A DNA stretch of 53,468 nucleotides from a virus (IMGVR_UViG_3300031853_000005:1-53468); one strand, 5' to 3'; shown: positions 11,101 to 20,677, counted from the first letter of the stretch. Numbers and translations are program-made. Notes: generated from the sequence alone by a model not told the origin.

Positions 11101-13234
11101 TGAACTTATCGACAATCGGCTGAAATTCCTGCATAGTCAAGAGATTCGACAGCGTAGAAGAAATCGAATGCTGAAGCACAGCAGAACGATAGATCTCTTT
11201 CTGTGCCAGATTGATGAACTCTTCCGCTCTGGTGAATATCTCTTCATTGTTCAGACCATCAGAAATATAGTTCTTATTGGTAAACGTGTCTTCTCTGCGG
11301 AAGCTTGCGAATTCCAGCCAAAGCTCTGAGCCGAGATATTCTTCAAAATTCAGAATACTCTGGATCTCGTTGCGCTTGGCGAGAATTACGCTCTGCATAC
11401 CTTCCGTCAGAAGACCATCGTTCTCATCATAAACGCCGACTACAACGGCCAGCTCTGAAGTACGAGTAAAGATCTCGTCCTCAATCGCAGACATCTTGTT
11501 ATAGTATGGCAGATACATATTGTCGTAGAGGTTGTTCTGTGTCGATACCCAGCTCTGCCGATCAGCCAACCCTTGCTGAATCATGATGTCCAGAGAAACC
11601 TGGCAGACATCACGGAACGCAATAAGCCTCTGAAGCGAATACTTCTTCAGCTCTGCTTTAAACGGAGCCAGCTCAAGTGCAAACAGCGCGGACACGCTGG
11701 TAGGATCATCGGACTGCTGCGCCATTGCTTTCTGAATCTTCTGCTTGACAAATGTCTCAAGCTCAGAAGTCACAGAAACCGTGATTGTAGGCGAAGTAGC
11801 AACGTCTTCCTCGTCGCTGTAATTTGTGACCGTGAAGTTACCAGTCCAGCGATAGGTATTTGCATTGTAAGAACTCTCATTGACTTTTACCTGAAAGCTT
11901 CCGCGCACAAAGCACTTGGCAACACTAAGAACTGCACTCGCCGCAGTGCTCTCCGTACATGCCGCAAGATTCGCAACCGCAACAGGGGAGAGGTTCGTGA
12001 CCGTAAGCTTCGCCGCTTCCTGTGCCGCATCCGTTGTTTCCGTTTCAATGTTCGGCATCATCGAATTATTCAGGAACATCTGAAGATCGATGGTGTTGTA
12101 GTATGCGGTCATCAGTGCCGGGAAGCCGATAATGTTTTCAGGAATCTCTTCCAGATCGCTCTTTACACTTTTGTATCGATTGACAATCTCATTGTACTGA
12201 GTTCTGAGATTTGCAGGAGGTGAGTAGGATTCCGTGTTCTGATAGGCAGCATAGAGATCATCATACGCATCAAGTCTCTCGCGCAGAGCATCGGACATAT
12301 CGGACTTCATTGCGTCCGTAATGTACCAGAGATACTGGCTTCCGTTCGGATTGCAGTTGATGATGGTTGCGGTCATCAGATCGTCCCCGCCTTCAAGACG
12401 GAAACAGTTCTTCACGGAGTCAACGTCGGTTGAATAGTTGATCTCCTGTGCCAGATTCTTCCTGGACACGAAGATGGATGTGTCATCGCCGTAGCCGTAC
12501 TTGATGTTTGTGCTTCCACACTTGTCACAAGCACCAGAGAATTCGCCGCGATTGTGGCAGTCAAGGCAATAGTTCTCAAGATCATACACGCTGATCGTGC
12601 GCTCAATTTTAGAGTTCTCGCCTTTACGTGCTTCCACAATGAAGAGGCAGTTGATCTCTGTGGCGATTTCCTGATAGGCATCCAGAATGCTGGTATCGTT
12701 GAAACTGAAGCTTCTCTGGATGTTGGCAATCGTGTAGTCTACATGCTTCACGCTGTAATGCGGTGCTTTGTAGAGCAGTCGGTCAACCAGAGAGCGATCT
12801 TTGTCTTCAGGATCGAACAGAACCGTAGGTTTGTAATCAGCTCTGGCAATGTCCGCTTCCGTATTTACCTCGATGCCGTAGACATTGATCTGAGACAGTT
12901 CAGCTTCAGCGAGAGATACCGCCGTACAGTTCTTGATGGTTTCATCCGATTCCTCAAGATCCAGATGAATCTCATACCACATGTCGAACTCAGGGCAGTA
13001 TGCGATTTTAAAGTCCACGATCCTACGCCAGAACGATTCGTCTACTTCGCCGGACTTGTTGACACAATGGTTTTTAAAAACATTAAAACTGAATTCGGAG
13101 CCATTCAGAAAGCTGTCTCTGAACTTGACATTGCTGATGGGCAGTTCACGAATTCGATTACCGGATTTGGTGGCGAGTATGAGTCTTGACGGTAATGGGT
13201 TGTTTGCCGAGTCAAATTTAATTGTTATCGCCAC
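5111..13234 (-). CDS. Giant tail protein (YomG-like Tal/hub N-terminus plus repeated fibre/antireceptor domains), 2707 aa
   Basis: Directly follows Dit; GTG start with AAGGAGGTG SD; internal YLWNYE-type repeats separated by collagen-like G-x-x-G linkers; two NL...QLE.G..W.P modules near the C-terminus. Confidence 0.85.
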   Translation of the reverse strand: MAITIKFDSANNPLPSRLILATKSGNRIRELPISNVKFRDSFLNGSEFSFNVFKNHCVNKSGEVDESFWRRIVDFKIAYCPEFDMWYEIHLDLEESDETIKNCTAVSLAEAELSQINVYGIEVNTEADIARADYKPTVLFDPEDKDRSLVDRLLYKAPHYSVKHVDYTIANIQRSFSFNDTSILDAYQEIATEINCLFIVEARKGENSKIERTISVYDLENYCLDCHNRGEFSGACDKCGSTNIKYGYGDDTSIFVSRKNLAQEINYSTDVDSVKNCFRLEGGDDLMTATIINCNPNGSQYLWYITDAMKSDMSDALRERLDAYDDLYAAYQNTESYSPPANLRTQYNEIVNRYKSVKSDLEEIPENIIGFPALMTAYYNTIDLQMFLNNSMMPNIETETTDAAQEAAKLTVTNLSPVAVANLAACTESTAASAVLSVAKCFVRGSFQVKVNESSYNANTYRWTGNFTVTNYSDEEDVATSPTITVSVTSELETFVKQKIQKAMAQQSDDPTSVSALFALELAPFKAELKKYSLQRLIAFRDVCQVSLDIMIQQGLADRQSWVSTQNNLYDNMYLPYYNKMSAIEDEIFTRTSELAVVVGVYDENDGLLTEGMQSVILAKRNEIQSILNFEEYLGSELWLEFASFRREDTFTNKNYISDGLNNEEIFTRAEEFINLAQKEIYRSAVLQHSISSTLSNLLTMQEFQPIVDKFKVGNWLRIEVDGEIYRLRMIEYTIDYDSWKLSSVEFSDVRKGYSSASDIQSLLSSLRSMSSSYGSVSRQAQAGKKSQEEMENWVTDGFKLTSQKIVGGAANQEFEIGETGITGREYIPETEGYKDEQVKIISSGLYVTDDGWLTAKAGVGRFVYYNPVTKQMEEAYGVIADKLVGNLVLSQEVGIYNENSSITLDYDGFTLITEAGANAKTFRILRKEEDETLTNILSIDSNGNLLLNGYSTTGEMNSAISASASGLRTEFNQTLQGYDTKQEVNTKIQQSAESIMTSVSNTYMKSNDARAEFIAKSNGITDVETQYAVGNNDQVAPSSGWSTDSPTWEEGKYIWQRTKTTNGNDVASYSEAVCIQGAAGKGIYSITEYYAVNNDYDNAPADSDFSTEIPQMSATEPYLWNYEITVFTDQTQKKTTKHVIGTYSITGSEIISVRQLYAAGTSDTVAPDDNVFGTELPTLTSTNKYLWATELVIYSDSTSSSTDKYVLATYSGKAVTAVRNYYLASQLASGVTRETLGWTTDMQAATPLQKYLWNYKEIVWASGNPTYTTPVIIGQFNITGADGKGIEDITNYYLASNLQSGVTKDTPGWTEQVQTVSTTNKYLWNYEVISYTEGLPTTTTPVIIGVYGDTGLTGRGITSVVEYYAKSASNAEAPADSEFTTTIQTVDATQRYLWAYELITYTDTTTDKTSKRVIGQFSQDGANGLNSVIINLYKRSLNDPTIDWQDTLTYSFTAKSLTTVPSGWSQTVPEGDYPLYVTMATAASEEATATIAYTEWTPPRKIASSGEDGINTATVYLYKRANSASVDWENNLTYTFATGALSSVPTGWSQTIPDGTLPIMVTFATASARTGTDTIPPSEWAAPRVLARNGVDGVDAYTVILSNENHTFAGNTSAVIPASIDCKIMAYKGITQVAPTIGTITGVPNGMTATIVGNSTTNAKVTIAVTAALTQFSGTLDIPITVDGKSFTKSFTYNVSLNGESATTYHINVSHSAIQKSESGAYSPTSITVSAKSQTGESSMTDYAGRFRIETTADNATWTVRKNSSSDESSTTYTIPADIAAIRCSLYEAGGFTVLLDQQTVPIISDGTSGISITNVVDRYLATPLSTGVTTETAGWTTSIQTVTATNKYLWNYEEIQYSRGQSTHTDPVIIGVYGDTGGAGADGRGVSALVQQYYLSISDTTQTGGQWSTAQPEWQEDHYIWERTEITWLNSDQTTSVTYTTPVLAQALNGANALASQVQADLIENYSTTTQTDTMIKNTVKSYQKILDTKADNLITYPYAKSGTYVESGLTITVNEDGSIVVTGTATANVALFLTSYADEETLPAGTYTLSMGDTRVVGAELCWFRRPVGSEDNYSVAIANPQTAAVVYNYPDDYISIYLYLYSGNTFSFTAYPQLEYGSVGHNWQPTAKSYSSQITQTATEIESRVESMEEVVASLGSSNLMPCPYGYSTTTQAPHWKPGYTYTMSGVSFTIESDGSITVDGTATANITKDIISYRQQYTLQSATYTLCGNASASGISIQPYRFPNIEGSTTMYSVASAIDASLAGGESFAWSSRVSGYDQFFVIRMTIASGTTFSNAVFKPMLETGSEAHEWTSPVYTTTSKIVASESSIRQNANSIAAKVSVGNVAAQLTIECTTGSSTVSLGADRVTINSTCFKLAGNGNVTSSGQFTSTGILSASEWPISADMPDKSVLDAGGLDLYVGTAGSTVADTRIAQYGPAFHAATSASSPTEVACGLQTINGNAVVLKAGTTELHVATAGDYPIILGGSAQLQGTLSFNGMATLRASGRWDNIGNNGVVCSGSMQMYNLYVTSTGQKYKVMDTEHFGVLGLSAMESTYSVYSDLGSGVIDSTGVCFVMIDQDFAETIDLSHDYQVFTTQTSEGSISWVEKNSDHFIVHGVAGTSFDWILYARQRGFRDDRMTCDQYEYLTPQEQTLTDEPIETIPTDVAGDESSLYMKLLETDYDQLAEQYMEQYEREIYENDY
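7400..10200 (-). repeat. Protein-level tandem repeats within the tail protein
   Basis: About 8 copies of Y(Y/A)x(S)...GW...(TNK)YLW(N/A)YE...PVIIG and 2 copies of LYKR...DW...LTY.F...VP.GWSQT.P.G..P..VT.ATA; boundaries approximate. Confidence 0.8.
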
Positions 13235-13246
13235 AGACCCACCTCC

Positions 13247-14065
13247 TTACAGCGTATCCTTATAAATAGGACGATAACGTATTTCAACATTACAAGGCAT
13301 ATTTGCCGTAATGGTATTGTTCTTATTCTTAAATGTATTTCCAAAGCAGAAGAACTGATAATTGAAATCATTCGCAATGTCGTGTTCACTGTTTGAAGAC
13401 TCAATGATCATCGTGTCACCGCTGAGAGTGATAATCTCGCCGCTTGTACAGTTCGCAACTTCAAAATCACAATTTGTGACATCATCCGTCAGAATGAGAG
13501 TGCCGCTTGCGCCGCAAGTAATCTTCATCTCAGGATAAGTATCACCGATTTCGTCATTCTGGTCTGCAAACTTCGCAGTAAGATTTCCGTTGGTGAAGTT
13601 AATCTTTTTCACGATTTCCTCGCCGTAGCCGAAAGGGGAGTCCGTGAACATTTCCAGTTCAACACCGTAGGTTCTCTGAGCAATCAGAATCCTGGACAGC
13701 GTGAACGTCGCACGAAACCAAGGCTTCACCTTATCAGGCTCATCCCAGTCGTAGGAATGAAACCACAGATATTCCTTGCGGTTCAGCCAGCGTGACAGTG
13801 CTCTGAATTCTTCTACCGTAATTTCCATATTGTCGGAATCATACACCGTGGGATCTTTGCAGATCTGGAATGTCGTTGTAAGAGTTTCATCATACTTGAT
13901 GCCAGTTACAATGTTTCTGATTCCGTTGCGAATCGGTTCGGAAGTAAGTGTAATCTCTGACCCTTTGTCTGCTGTTTCAGCACCAGATGGTACATCGAAA
14001 CTGCATACCATAAATCCGAATTCGCTTAGATGTCTGCCATCATATTCAAAGTCATATGCATACAA
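13247..14065 (-). CDS. Distal tail protein (Dit, YomH-like)
   Basis: Lies between TMP and Tal; DFEYDGRHLSEFG N-terminus, RWLNRKEY and PFGYG motifs; TTG start. Confidence 0.75.
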   Translation of the reverse strand: MYAYDFEYDGRHLSEFGFMVCSFDVPSGAETADKGSEITLTSEPIRNGIRNIVTGIKYDETLTTTFQICKDPTVYDSDNMEITVEEFRALSRWLNRKEYLWFHSYDWDEPDKVKPWFRATFTLSRILIAQRTYGVELEMFTDSPFGYGEEIVKKINFTNGNLTAKFADQNDEIGDTYPEMKITCGASGTLILTDDVTNCDFEVANCTSGEIITLSGDTMIIESSNSEHDIANDFNYQFFCFGNTFKNKNNTITANMPCNVEIRYRPIYKDTL

Positions 14066-14068
14066 GAG

Positions 14069-14395
14069 TTACACCACCTTCCCCGTAATTTCTTTTATTT
14101 TTGCTTTTGCTTCTGCTTCATATTTCTTAGATAAAGCTTTTATTTTATCGAGCGCATCTTCATACTTTCTGATGATCTCTTCCAGATTCTCGCGCCGTTC
14201 GGCATAGTCAAACATATACTTGTCATAGGCTTTCTTGAGAGTTTCATACTTCTTGCGCTCTGCATCAAGCTTGATATCTTTCATTTTCAGCTCTTGCTTG
14301 AGAGCTTTGATTTCAAGCTGATATTCTCTGTTGGCATCCAGTAGGCGCTGATGTTCGCCGCCGTTTTCATTTCTCTTTCTCATAATAAACTCCAT
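14069..14395 (-). CDS. Hypothetical coiled-coil protein
   Basis: 108 aa K/E-rich ORF with GGAG SD, between TMP and Dit. Confidence 0.65.
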   Translation of the reverse strand: MEFIMRKRNENGGEHQRLLDANREYQLEIKALKQELKMKDIKLDAERKKYETLKKAYDKYMFDYAERRENLEEIIRKYEDALDKIKALSKKYEAEAKAKIKEITGKVV

Positions 14396-14402
14396 ATATC
14401 AG

Positions 14403-14435
14403 ACAGAGAGGATAGCGGTTAACTACCCTCTCTGT
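14403..14435 (-). terminator. Stem-loop after TMP (possible terminator or processing site)
   Basis: ACAGAGAGGGTAG-ttaaccg-CTATCCTCTCTGT on the minus strand; weak U-tract. Confidence 0.5.
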
Positions 14436-14442
14436 GAATCAA

Positions 14443-17400
14443 TTAAAAGTTGATCATATTTTTGCGGAATCCGCTTTTACCAACTGCTCTGTCAAGCGTG
14501 ATGATTTCGATCAGCTTCTCAAACTTCGGATCGTCTCTCATCTGCTTCAGCATATCTTCATAGTCCTGAACATGATCGATTGCCACGGTCACGCCGCCGA
14601 CATCAACCACTGTTCCAGCACCACTACCGATTCCAGGCAGATTGAGATTCTTCGCTCTGGACGCATTAAGCATCGGGATCGAACGCATGATCTTGGAAGC
14701 CTGAAGGTAACGCTGAGTATCCGCCGCATTCAGCATCATTTCGTTGTTGCTTGCACCATGAACAATTGCCAGACCGTTATAGTCTACCATGCCACCGGTT
14801 GCAAATGACTTGACTGCGCCTGCGGCTCTCGCCATCGCGTTAACGTTTTCATAGATGTGATTCAGTACAACATTCGCACTGCTGATTCCTTCAAACACAC
14901 GATCATAGTTTGCCATATTGCTGCTGACACCGTTCATCAGCTCGTTCGTAGGAGTATAACCGACAGCGCGGCTTACATCCTTGACAGTCTGACGAATGTC
15001 CATCAGGTTCTCATTGGTATAGTCTATCATCTCGCGCATCAGAACATCGATGTTGTCCAGGCGGTTGTTCATCAGCTCTTCATACTCATCATAGAGGTCA
15101 CTGAGCATCTTCCGCTGTTCCTGAATCGACTGTTCTCTTTCTGTATCAGACAGGTTTTCCTGCGCTTTCTTCAGATCCTCGCCAAGCTTTTGTACTTTAG
15201 CTCTTGTTTCCTCCGAAGTGTCTCCCATATAGGCGGATAACTGTTTCTGAATAGTTGCAATATCTTCTGACTGTTCTGATACTTTCTTCTGATACTCGTA
15301 GAGATCTTCTGCACTGTCCAGGCTTTCGTCGTAAGCATCGATTAGATCTTTCATAGCAGAGAGCTGCGCTTGAATCCCTTGAGAAACAAGATCTTTCATT
15401 GCTTCTTTTTCGCTTTCGGCAGCAAGGATCGACTGTCTCTGCAAATTCAAAAGAGTTTCACGTCTCGCGATCACTTCTGTGTCATACGGATTCTCTTCCA
15501 ACTCTTTCTGAACGGAAAGAAGCTCTTTGGCATATGCGTCCGCTTCTGCCATATCAGAGTTGTAATTCAGCGCAATTAATCCAACAGACGTAGTTCCTTT
15601 ATTATTAAACTGACCATTATCATCAAACAATTTACTGTGAGACATAAGATCAATAAGGAACTGTGCTTCTTCATTCATCTTACCGAATCTATCAAGTGCA
15701 TAATCAAAGTTATTCCACTTGATTGATCGAATCGTCTTACGAAGATTGACCATTTCGATATTAGCGTCCGCAATAGCTTCCTTGACAGAAAGAATCTGTT
15801 GGTTCATGTCATACCAGGCTTCAGACTGTTCATCTATATAACCAGAGTCCATAGCCTCTTTCATATACGCTTCAAGTCCATGAAGCTCCTGATACAATAC
15901 TTCAAGATCCTTCCGCTGTGTATCCATAAGAGCCTGATGCTGCTCTGCGTTTGCAAGATATCCCATTGAATCAGCCATAGAAATATCTTTATTAAGCATT
16001 GCTACATCATGCTCAACTACTGATAGCTGATTCTCAAAATCTTTCTGTACATTATTAAAGTTGCTGACATAAGCATCTGCAATACTCTGTCTTAAATCTT
16101 CAAGAGAAGACTGACTTTCAAGTGCTTTTTCGTACCATTCCGTATATTGATTAATGAGATCAATAGTGTCTTCATCATATTTACGGATATCAATAGTACC
16201 ATCTTGTACAAGCTTTTTGAGGTCATCAGAAAGCGAAATGCTTTCAGCTTCCTGCATATACCTTGTATAAGCACTTTCCTGAGTCTCAATCTCTTCAGTA
16301 ATCTTTGAGATTGCGCTTCTTGTAGAAGATAGACGAGTAGAAAGTTTCTTGAAACCGCTCGTCGCAACCTTCTGAATATCAGAAATAATTCTCTGGATAC
16401 GATTTAGTTTTACCGCTATCCAGTCAACCTTCTGAGGATCGGAAGCAGATTGCCAATCAGAACCGCCAATGCTATCACCTGTTCCTGAATAGCCGCCGCC
16501 ATCTTCTCCACCACCAGAGAAGCCACCGGATGATCCTCCATTGGTAAAGCCGCCGCCGCTTAAACTTCCGGATTGAAGCGATGATAAAGATCTTGAATCA
16601 ACGCCAGGATAATTGCAGTTCACGCATCTGCTTGTACTACCACTGTTAGAACGTCCGCACCTCGGGCATTTCCATGTATAGCCTGGGCCACTTGTGCTGG
16701 AATCGTAGATGCTCTTAATAGTCTGGTTTCCTGCATTTCCTGTTGCAATATATGTATTACCCCAGTTTGCATTTGGCTGTCCGTTGACGGTTGGACGCCA
16801 GTCGGTATATGTGCCAGTTCCGCCCATGTTCTGACCGGTATATACAGCAGTCGGAGAACCAAGAGCGCTCCTGTTAACTCCTGCATTTTGCGATCCATAA
16901 GTAGCAGCATTAATTCTAGCCGCCAAATCAGAAACCTGGCCCCAGCTTACAACAGACGAAGAAGTTATTCTTCCGGTATTATTATTTACAGTAGTGGTAT
17001 ATGTTTTTGTACCGCTTGTTGAATAGCCGCTACCTGCAAAGTTATATCCGCAATAAGGGCATGTCTGCAATCCAGAAGCAACCGATGACCCGCAGCGAGG
17101 ACACCTTTTTACGGAAACAGTTACAGTTTTTTTCGAAGAGGTTTTGCTTGTAGATGCCGTTAAACCTTCTGCCTGACGTTTTGCAGGAGTTTTTCTTCCG
17201 CTGAGAAGTCGGCTGATCAGATCGCCACCAACGTTACCAGATGCAAACGCATTGCTAGGAAGTGAACGACCGCTTCCAAGAATATCCTTCGTTTGGTTTG
17301 CATTGAAAACAATTGCATCTTTTGTCAGATAAGCAAATCCAGGTTTTCCGCCATTCGGAATATAAGCAACGCCTTTATCTGAAACAAGTTCCGGCCCTTC

Positions 17401-20400
17401 TTCATTGAGAAGAGTATATCCGCCTGGGCCACGTCCACCAGAAGCTCTTGAACCAAATATTCTTCCAAGAATACCACTAAGTCCTGAAGACTTAGATGAT
17501 GATCCAGACGATCCAGATGACCCAGATGATGCAGAACCAGTATTGTTGTTTGCATTTATGTTGACTGTTGCGCTCTGTCCGTTCAGGCTTCTGAGTTTGC
17601 TTTGAACCTGATCAATGATAGCAGAAGCTTTATCATTTGCATTAATGACAGGGTTAGCTTCATTAGTATCCAGTTCATCAACTTGCTGATTGGTTTCTGC
17701 AAGCATCTGGCTGAGTTCTCCGACACTCGCAGTAACCGCACCTGAATTGCGCAGTTCGTTCAGAATGTTCATGATCTCAATATTATCAGAACCTTCTGCC
17801 TGCATCTGGGAGATCAACTCTTTAACAGCAGATTTTTCATCTCCGAGTTTTGTCTTAAGATCACTAAGCCGATTAATCAGTTCAACAGTCTCTTCAGAAG
17901 ACCGCATGACCTGAGTGCCATAAGCATCCCATTCATCAAGAAATGCCGCCATTGCAGCTTCAGAAACGCCAAATGCCTGCGCAAGCTTTTCAATGCTTTG
18001 ATACCACAGACTTACTTTTCCGTTGCCTTGGTCTACTACACCAGCAACATCCTGGAACTTTGCCGCATTATCCTTGATATACTGAACCATCCGCTGTCCA
18101 GCAGTTTGTGCGGACTGACCGGTTGGGTCAAAGAGCGATTTCATCATCGATGACTGAAGTTGTTTACCAATTTCAGCCATATCATAATTCATCGCCGCAA
18201 GTTGTTCAGGAGAGAAGAAAAGTGAAGCCGCAGCATGAAGCCTATTTGTGTCTAATTTTCCGGCATTGAGATCTTCCATCGCACCCTTGTAGATTTCCTG
18301 CATGGATGCAATCGCGTCGCCTTTTTCTCCGCCTTCCATTGCCTTATTGTAATCGGCAAGAGCCTGAGAAGTTGCGGCAAGTTCATCACGGAAGGAAGTT
18401 AGATCGCCAATATTCTTCTGAATTGACTGCGAGAAACTTTCAGCGGAAACACCGTTAAGATCTAAAAGATGCTGTTTAAGATCGTCAACAGAATATCCGC
18501 ACTCATCCATCCAATGTATAATCTCTTGGATTTGCTCTTCAGTTGGTTCTGCGTCTAAATTGAGAAGCGCGTCCTTCGTCTCTTCTGAAAGAGATTCAAG
18601 ATTTTCCTTAAATCCTTTTGTTTGTTCTGCCGCTTCTTTTTCTGCTTCACTTGTATTGTTAAGTGCTTCCTGGTATTCTGCCTGTGCATTTGTGACGGCA
18701 ATGGTAGCAAGACTGAGTTTATCCTGCGCCATGCTGAGAGAAGAGCCATCATCATATAGCGAGAGGTTGTCATATTCTTCCTGTGCTTCAGCTAACTGTT
18801 GTTTCAGATTTTCTACGTTAGCCTGATACTCGGCAATAGTATGCCCCGCACCAAGTGTTCCTGTAGTATTAACAGTTTTAATTCTATCTGCTATTTCATA
18901 AATAGATAGAAGCGCTGTAGCTACAGCGGCAAGAGTTGGTGCAAGAACAAGTGCCTGCTCAACAAACAGGCTGATACCAGCCGCCATATCAGAGAATAAA
19001 GTAGATAGACCACCTATACCACCAGCGGATTTGATTGTCTTAATAATGCCAACGATTGCGCCTGTCGTGAGAGCACTTCCGAGCAGACCAATCGATCCCG
19101 TTATCTTATCAATGACATCAAGGATCTTTGTGCCTGCATCAACAATTGCACCAATATCTCCGCGTTTTACTAAGTTCTGCCAAATTCCAGTTCCAGTTTC
19201 TTTGAATCTGTTGATCTTGAATTCAAGCGAATCCATGATGATCGCCATCTCTCGATCAGCATCACCGGCACTGTTTGCCATTTCAGTCATTGCTTTTCTT
19301 GCGGCATCAAAGTTCTGGATAATAGCAAGACCAATATTAGCCCTGTTTTTACCAAACAGCTTTTCCATAAGAGTCTGTCTGGTTTTGGCATCAAGTTCAT
19401 CCCAGATATCTGAGATTCCCTCTAAATAATCATAAACATCCTTGTATTCGGTTTGTGTTTCATCCGTAAATAGAGAAACACCCTTATAGTTATTGCTTGC
19501 GACTTTCGTTAAGTCAATGACTTCACCGGTTATATTAACAAGATCTTGAGATAATTCTTCGGTCTCTTCGTCATAGCCACGAATTCTCAAAGCGATGCTT
19601 CGCAAAGCATTGCCGACTTTGGTATCGTCCTGGGCGATTTCCTGACCGGCAGTAAACAAAGCGATACTTTTATCAAGATCCGTATTCATTGCCGCAAGAG
19701 CGGAAGCAGAGTTTTGCAGACCGTTGATGATCTGATCGTTGCTTGTCGCTGCGGTATTGCCAACACGGTTAATCTTTGACATGACTCCATCAAGAACTTC
19801 ATCAGCTTCTATGCCATAGGCTTTCATAATACTGACAAGTCCGGTTGTTGCGGAGTCGATTGTCATACCTGGCGAAATCGCTGCAAATTGCGCAGCAAGC
19901 TTCGCCATTGTAGTCGCAGAATTCTTATCGCTATATCCAAGTCGTGACCAGTCAGCCGCGCTCTGGATGATTTCTCTCGTTGTTACGCCGAGCTGTTTGG
20001 CTGCCTCATTCGCATCATAATAGAAATCTTCCAGCTCGTTCCCACTCATTGTGGTGGTTTTGCGTAAATCGATTAGCGCAGTATCAAGATCGACAATGGT
20101 CTGTATACCTTCTTTGACCATGCCGATTGTCTTCATGCCAATCTGATATGCACTACCAAGACCTGCCATCTGCAATAAGAAATTCTTTGTTGCAGATCCA
20201 AGATTAACAAATTGACTTGCAAAACTTTGTAGAGTTAATCCAGCCGCTTTTGCTTTTGATTGTACATTCTGAAATTCTGCTGTACATCTTTTAAGCATAG
20301 CCGGGTCTGTATTGTTGCTTAATTGAGAACGTATGTTCTTCAATTCTGCTTCAAATGTTTTGCCAGCCGTAGTATTTCGATTCATCCAAGCCTGAATGTT

Positions 20401-20649
20401 ATTTGACAAAGTGCTTGAACGAATTTTAGTAAGTTCTTGATTCAGCTTTTGCGTCTCATCTTTTGATTTCTTTGCTGCTGTAGAAACCTGGTTAAGACCT
20501 TTTGAAAGCGCAGACGCAGCACTCCCGGTCTTTGAATCAAGACCTTCGATCTTAATTTTAAATTTTGCCTTATCAAGTTCACTCTGAACTTTACCGGCAA
20601 ATCCAGGGGCAAGCTTCGCTTCTACTAAAGCTGTATATTTACTTGCCAT
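14443..20649 (-). CDS. Tape measure protein (~2068 aa) with internal Zn-finger insertion
   Basis: PhageMin_Tail-like core (DLRKTT...AKQLGVTT..SAADWSRLGY), long coiled coils, ASGG/FATGG motifs; start reassigned to ATG at 20649 with AGGAGG SD. Confidence 0.92.
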   Translation of the reverse strand: MASKYTALVEAKLAPGFAGKVQSELDKAKFKIKIEGLDSKTGSAASALSKGLNQVSTAAKKSKDETQKLNQELTKIRSSTLSNNIQAWMNRNTTAGKTFEAELKNIRSQLSNNTDPAMLKRCTAEFQNVQSKAKAAGLTLQSFASQFVNLGSATKNFLLQMAGLGSAYQIGMKTIGMVKEGIQTIVDLDTALIDLRKTTTMSGNELEDFYYDANEAAKQLGVTTREIIQSAADWSRLGYSDKNSATTMAKLAAQFAAISPGMTIDSATTGLVSIMKAYGIEADEVLDGVMSKINRVGNTAATSNDQIINGLQNSASALAAMNTDLDKSIALFTAGQEIAQDDTKVGNALRSIALRIRGYDEETEELSQDLVNITGEVIDLTKVASNNYKGVSLFTDETQTEYKDVYDYLEGISDIWDELDAKTRQTLMEKLFGKNRANIGLAIIQNFDAARKAMTEMANSAGDADREMAIIMDSLEFKINRFKETGTGIWQNLVKRGDIGAIVDAGTKILDVIDKITGSIGLLGSALTTGAIVGIIKTIKSAGGIGGLSTLFSDMAAGISLFVEQALVLAPTLAAVATALLSIYEIADRIKTVNTTGTLGAGHTIAEYQANVENLKQQLAEAQEEYDNLSLYDDGSSLSMAQDKLSLATIAVTNAQAEYQEALNNTSEAEKEAAEQTKGFKENLESLSEETKDALLNLDAEPTEEQIQEIIHWMDECGYSVDDLKQHLLDLNGVSAESFSQSIQKNIGDLTSFRDELAATSQALADYNKAMEGGEKGDAIASMQEIYKGAMEDLNAGKLDTNRLHAAASLFFSPEQLAAMNYDMAEIGKQLQSSMMKSLFDPTGQSAQTAGQRMVQYIKDNAAKFQDVAGVVDQGNGKVSLWYQSIEKLAQAFGVSEAAMAAFLDEWDAYGTQVMRSSEETVELINRLSDLKTKLGDEKSAVKELISQMQAEGSDNIEIMNILNELRNSGAVTASVGELSQMLAETNQQVDELDTNEANPVINANDKASAIIDQVQSKLRSLNGQSATVNINANNNTGSASSGSSGSSGSSSKSSGLSGILGRIFGSRASGGRGPGGYTLLNEEGPELVSDKGVAYIPNGGKPGFAYLTKDAIVFNANQTKDILGSGRSLPSNAFASGNVGGDLISRLLSGRKTPAKRQAEGLTASTSKTSSKKTVTVSVKRCPRCGSSVASGLQTCPYCGYNFAGSGYSTSGTKTYTTTVNNNTGRITSSSVVSWGQVSDLAARINAATYGSQNAGVNRSALGSPTAVYTGQNMGGTGTYTDWRPTVNGQPNANWGNTYIATGNAGNQTIKSIYDSSTSGPGYTWKCPRCGRSNSGSTSRCVNCNYPGVDSRSLSSLQSGSLSGGGFTNGGSSGGFSGGGEDGGGYSGTGDSIGGSDWQSASDPQKVDWIAVKLNRIQRIISDIQKVATSGFKKLSTRLSSTRSAISKITEEIETQESAYTRYMQEAESISLSDDLKKLVQDGTIDIRKYDEDTIDLINQYTEWYEKALESQSSLEDLRQSIADAYVSNFNNVQKDFENQLSVVEHDVAMLNKDISMADSMGYLANAEQHQALMDTQRKDLEVLYQELHGLEAYMKEAMDSGYIDEQSEAWYDMNQQILSVKEAIADANIEMVNLRKTIRSIKWNNFDYALDRFGKMNEEAQFLIDLMSHSKLFDDNGQFNNKGTTSVGLIALNYNSDMAEADAYAKELLSVQKELEENPYDTEVIARRETLLNLQRQSILAAESEKEAMKDLVSQGIQAQLSAMKDLIDAYDESLDSAEDLYEYQKKVSEQSEDIATIQKQLSAYMGDTSEETRAKVQKLGEDLKKAQENLSDTEREQSIQEQRKMLSDLYDEYEELMNNRLDNIDVLMREMIDYTNENLMDIRQTVKDVSRAVGYTPTNELMNGVSSNMANYDRVFEGISSANVVLNHIYENVNAMARAAGAVKSFATGGMVDYNGLAIVHGASNNEMMLNAADTQRYLQASKIMRSIPMLNASRAKNLNLPGIGSGAGTVVDVGGVTVAIDHVQDYEDMLKQMRDDPKFEKLIEIITLDRAVGKSGFRKNMINF

Positions 20650-20677
20650 GAATACCTCCTTCCTGTAATTTAGGAAC

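Noticed and set aside
144-13234. Diversity-generating retroelement or shufflon acting on tail fibres
   Set aside because: No reverse transcriptase, no template/variable repeat pair differing at adenines, and no repeated crossover sites or inverted fibre cassettes seen in this window.
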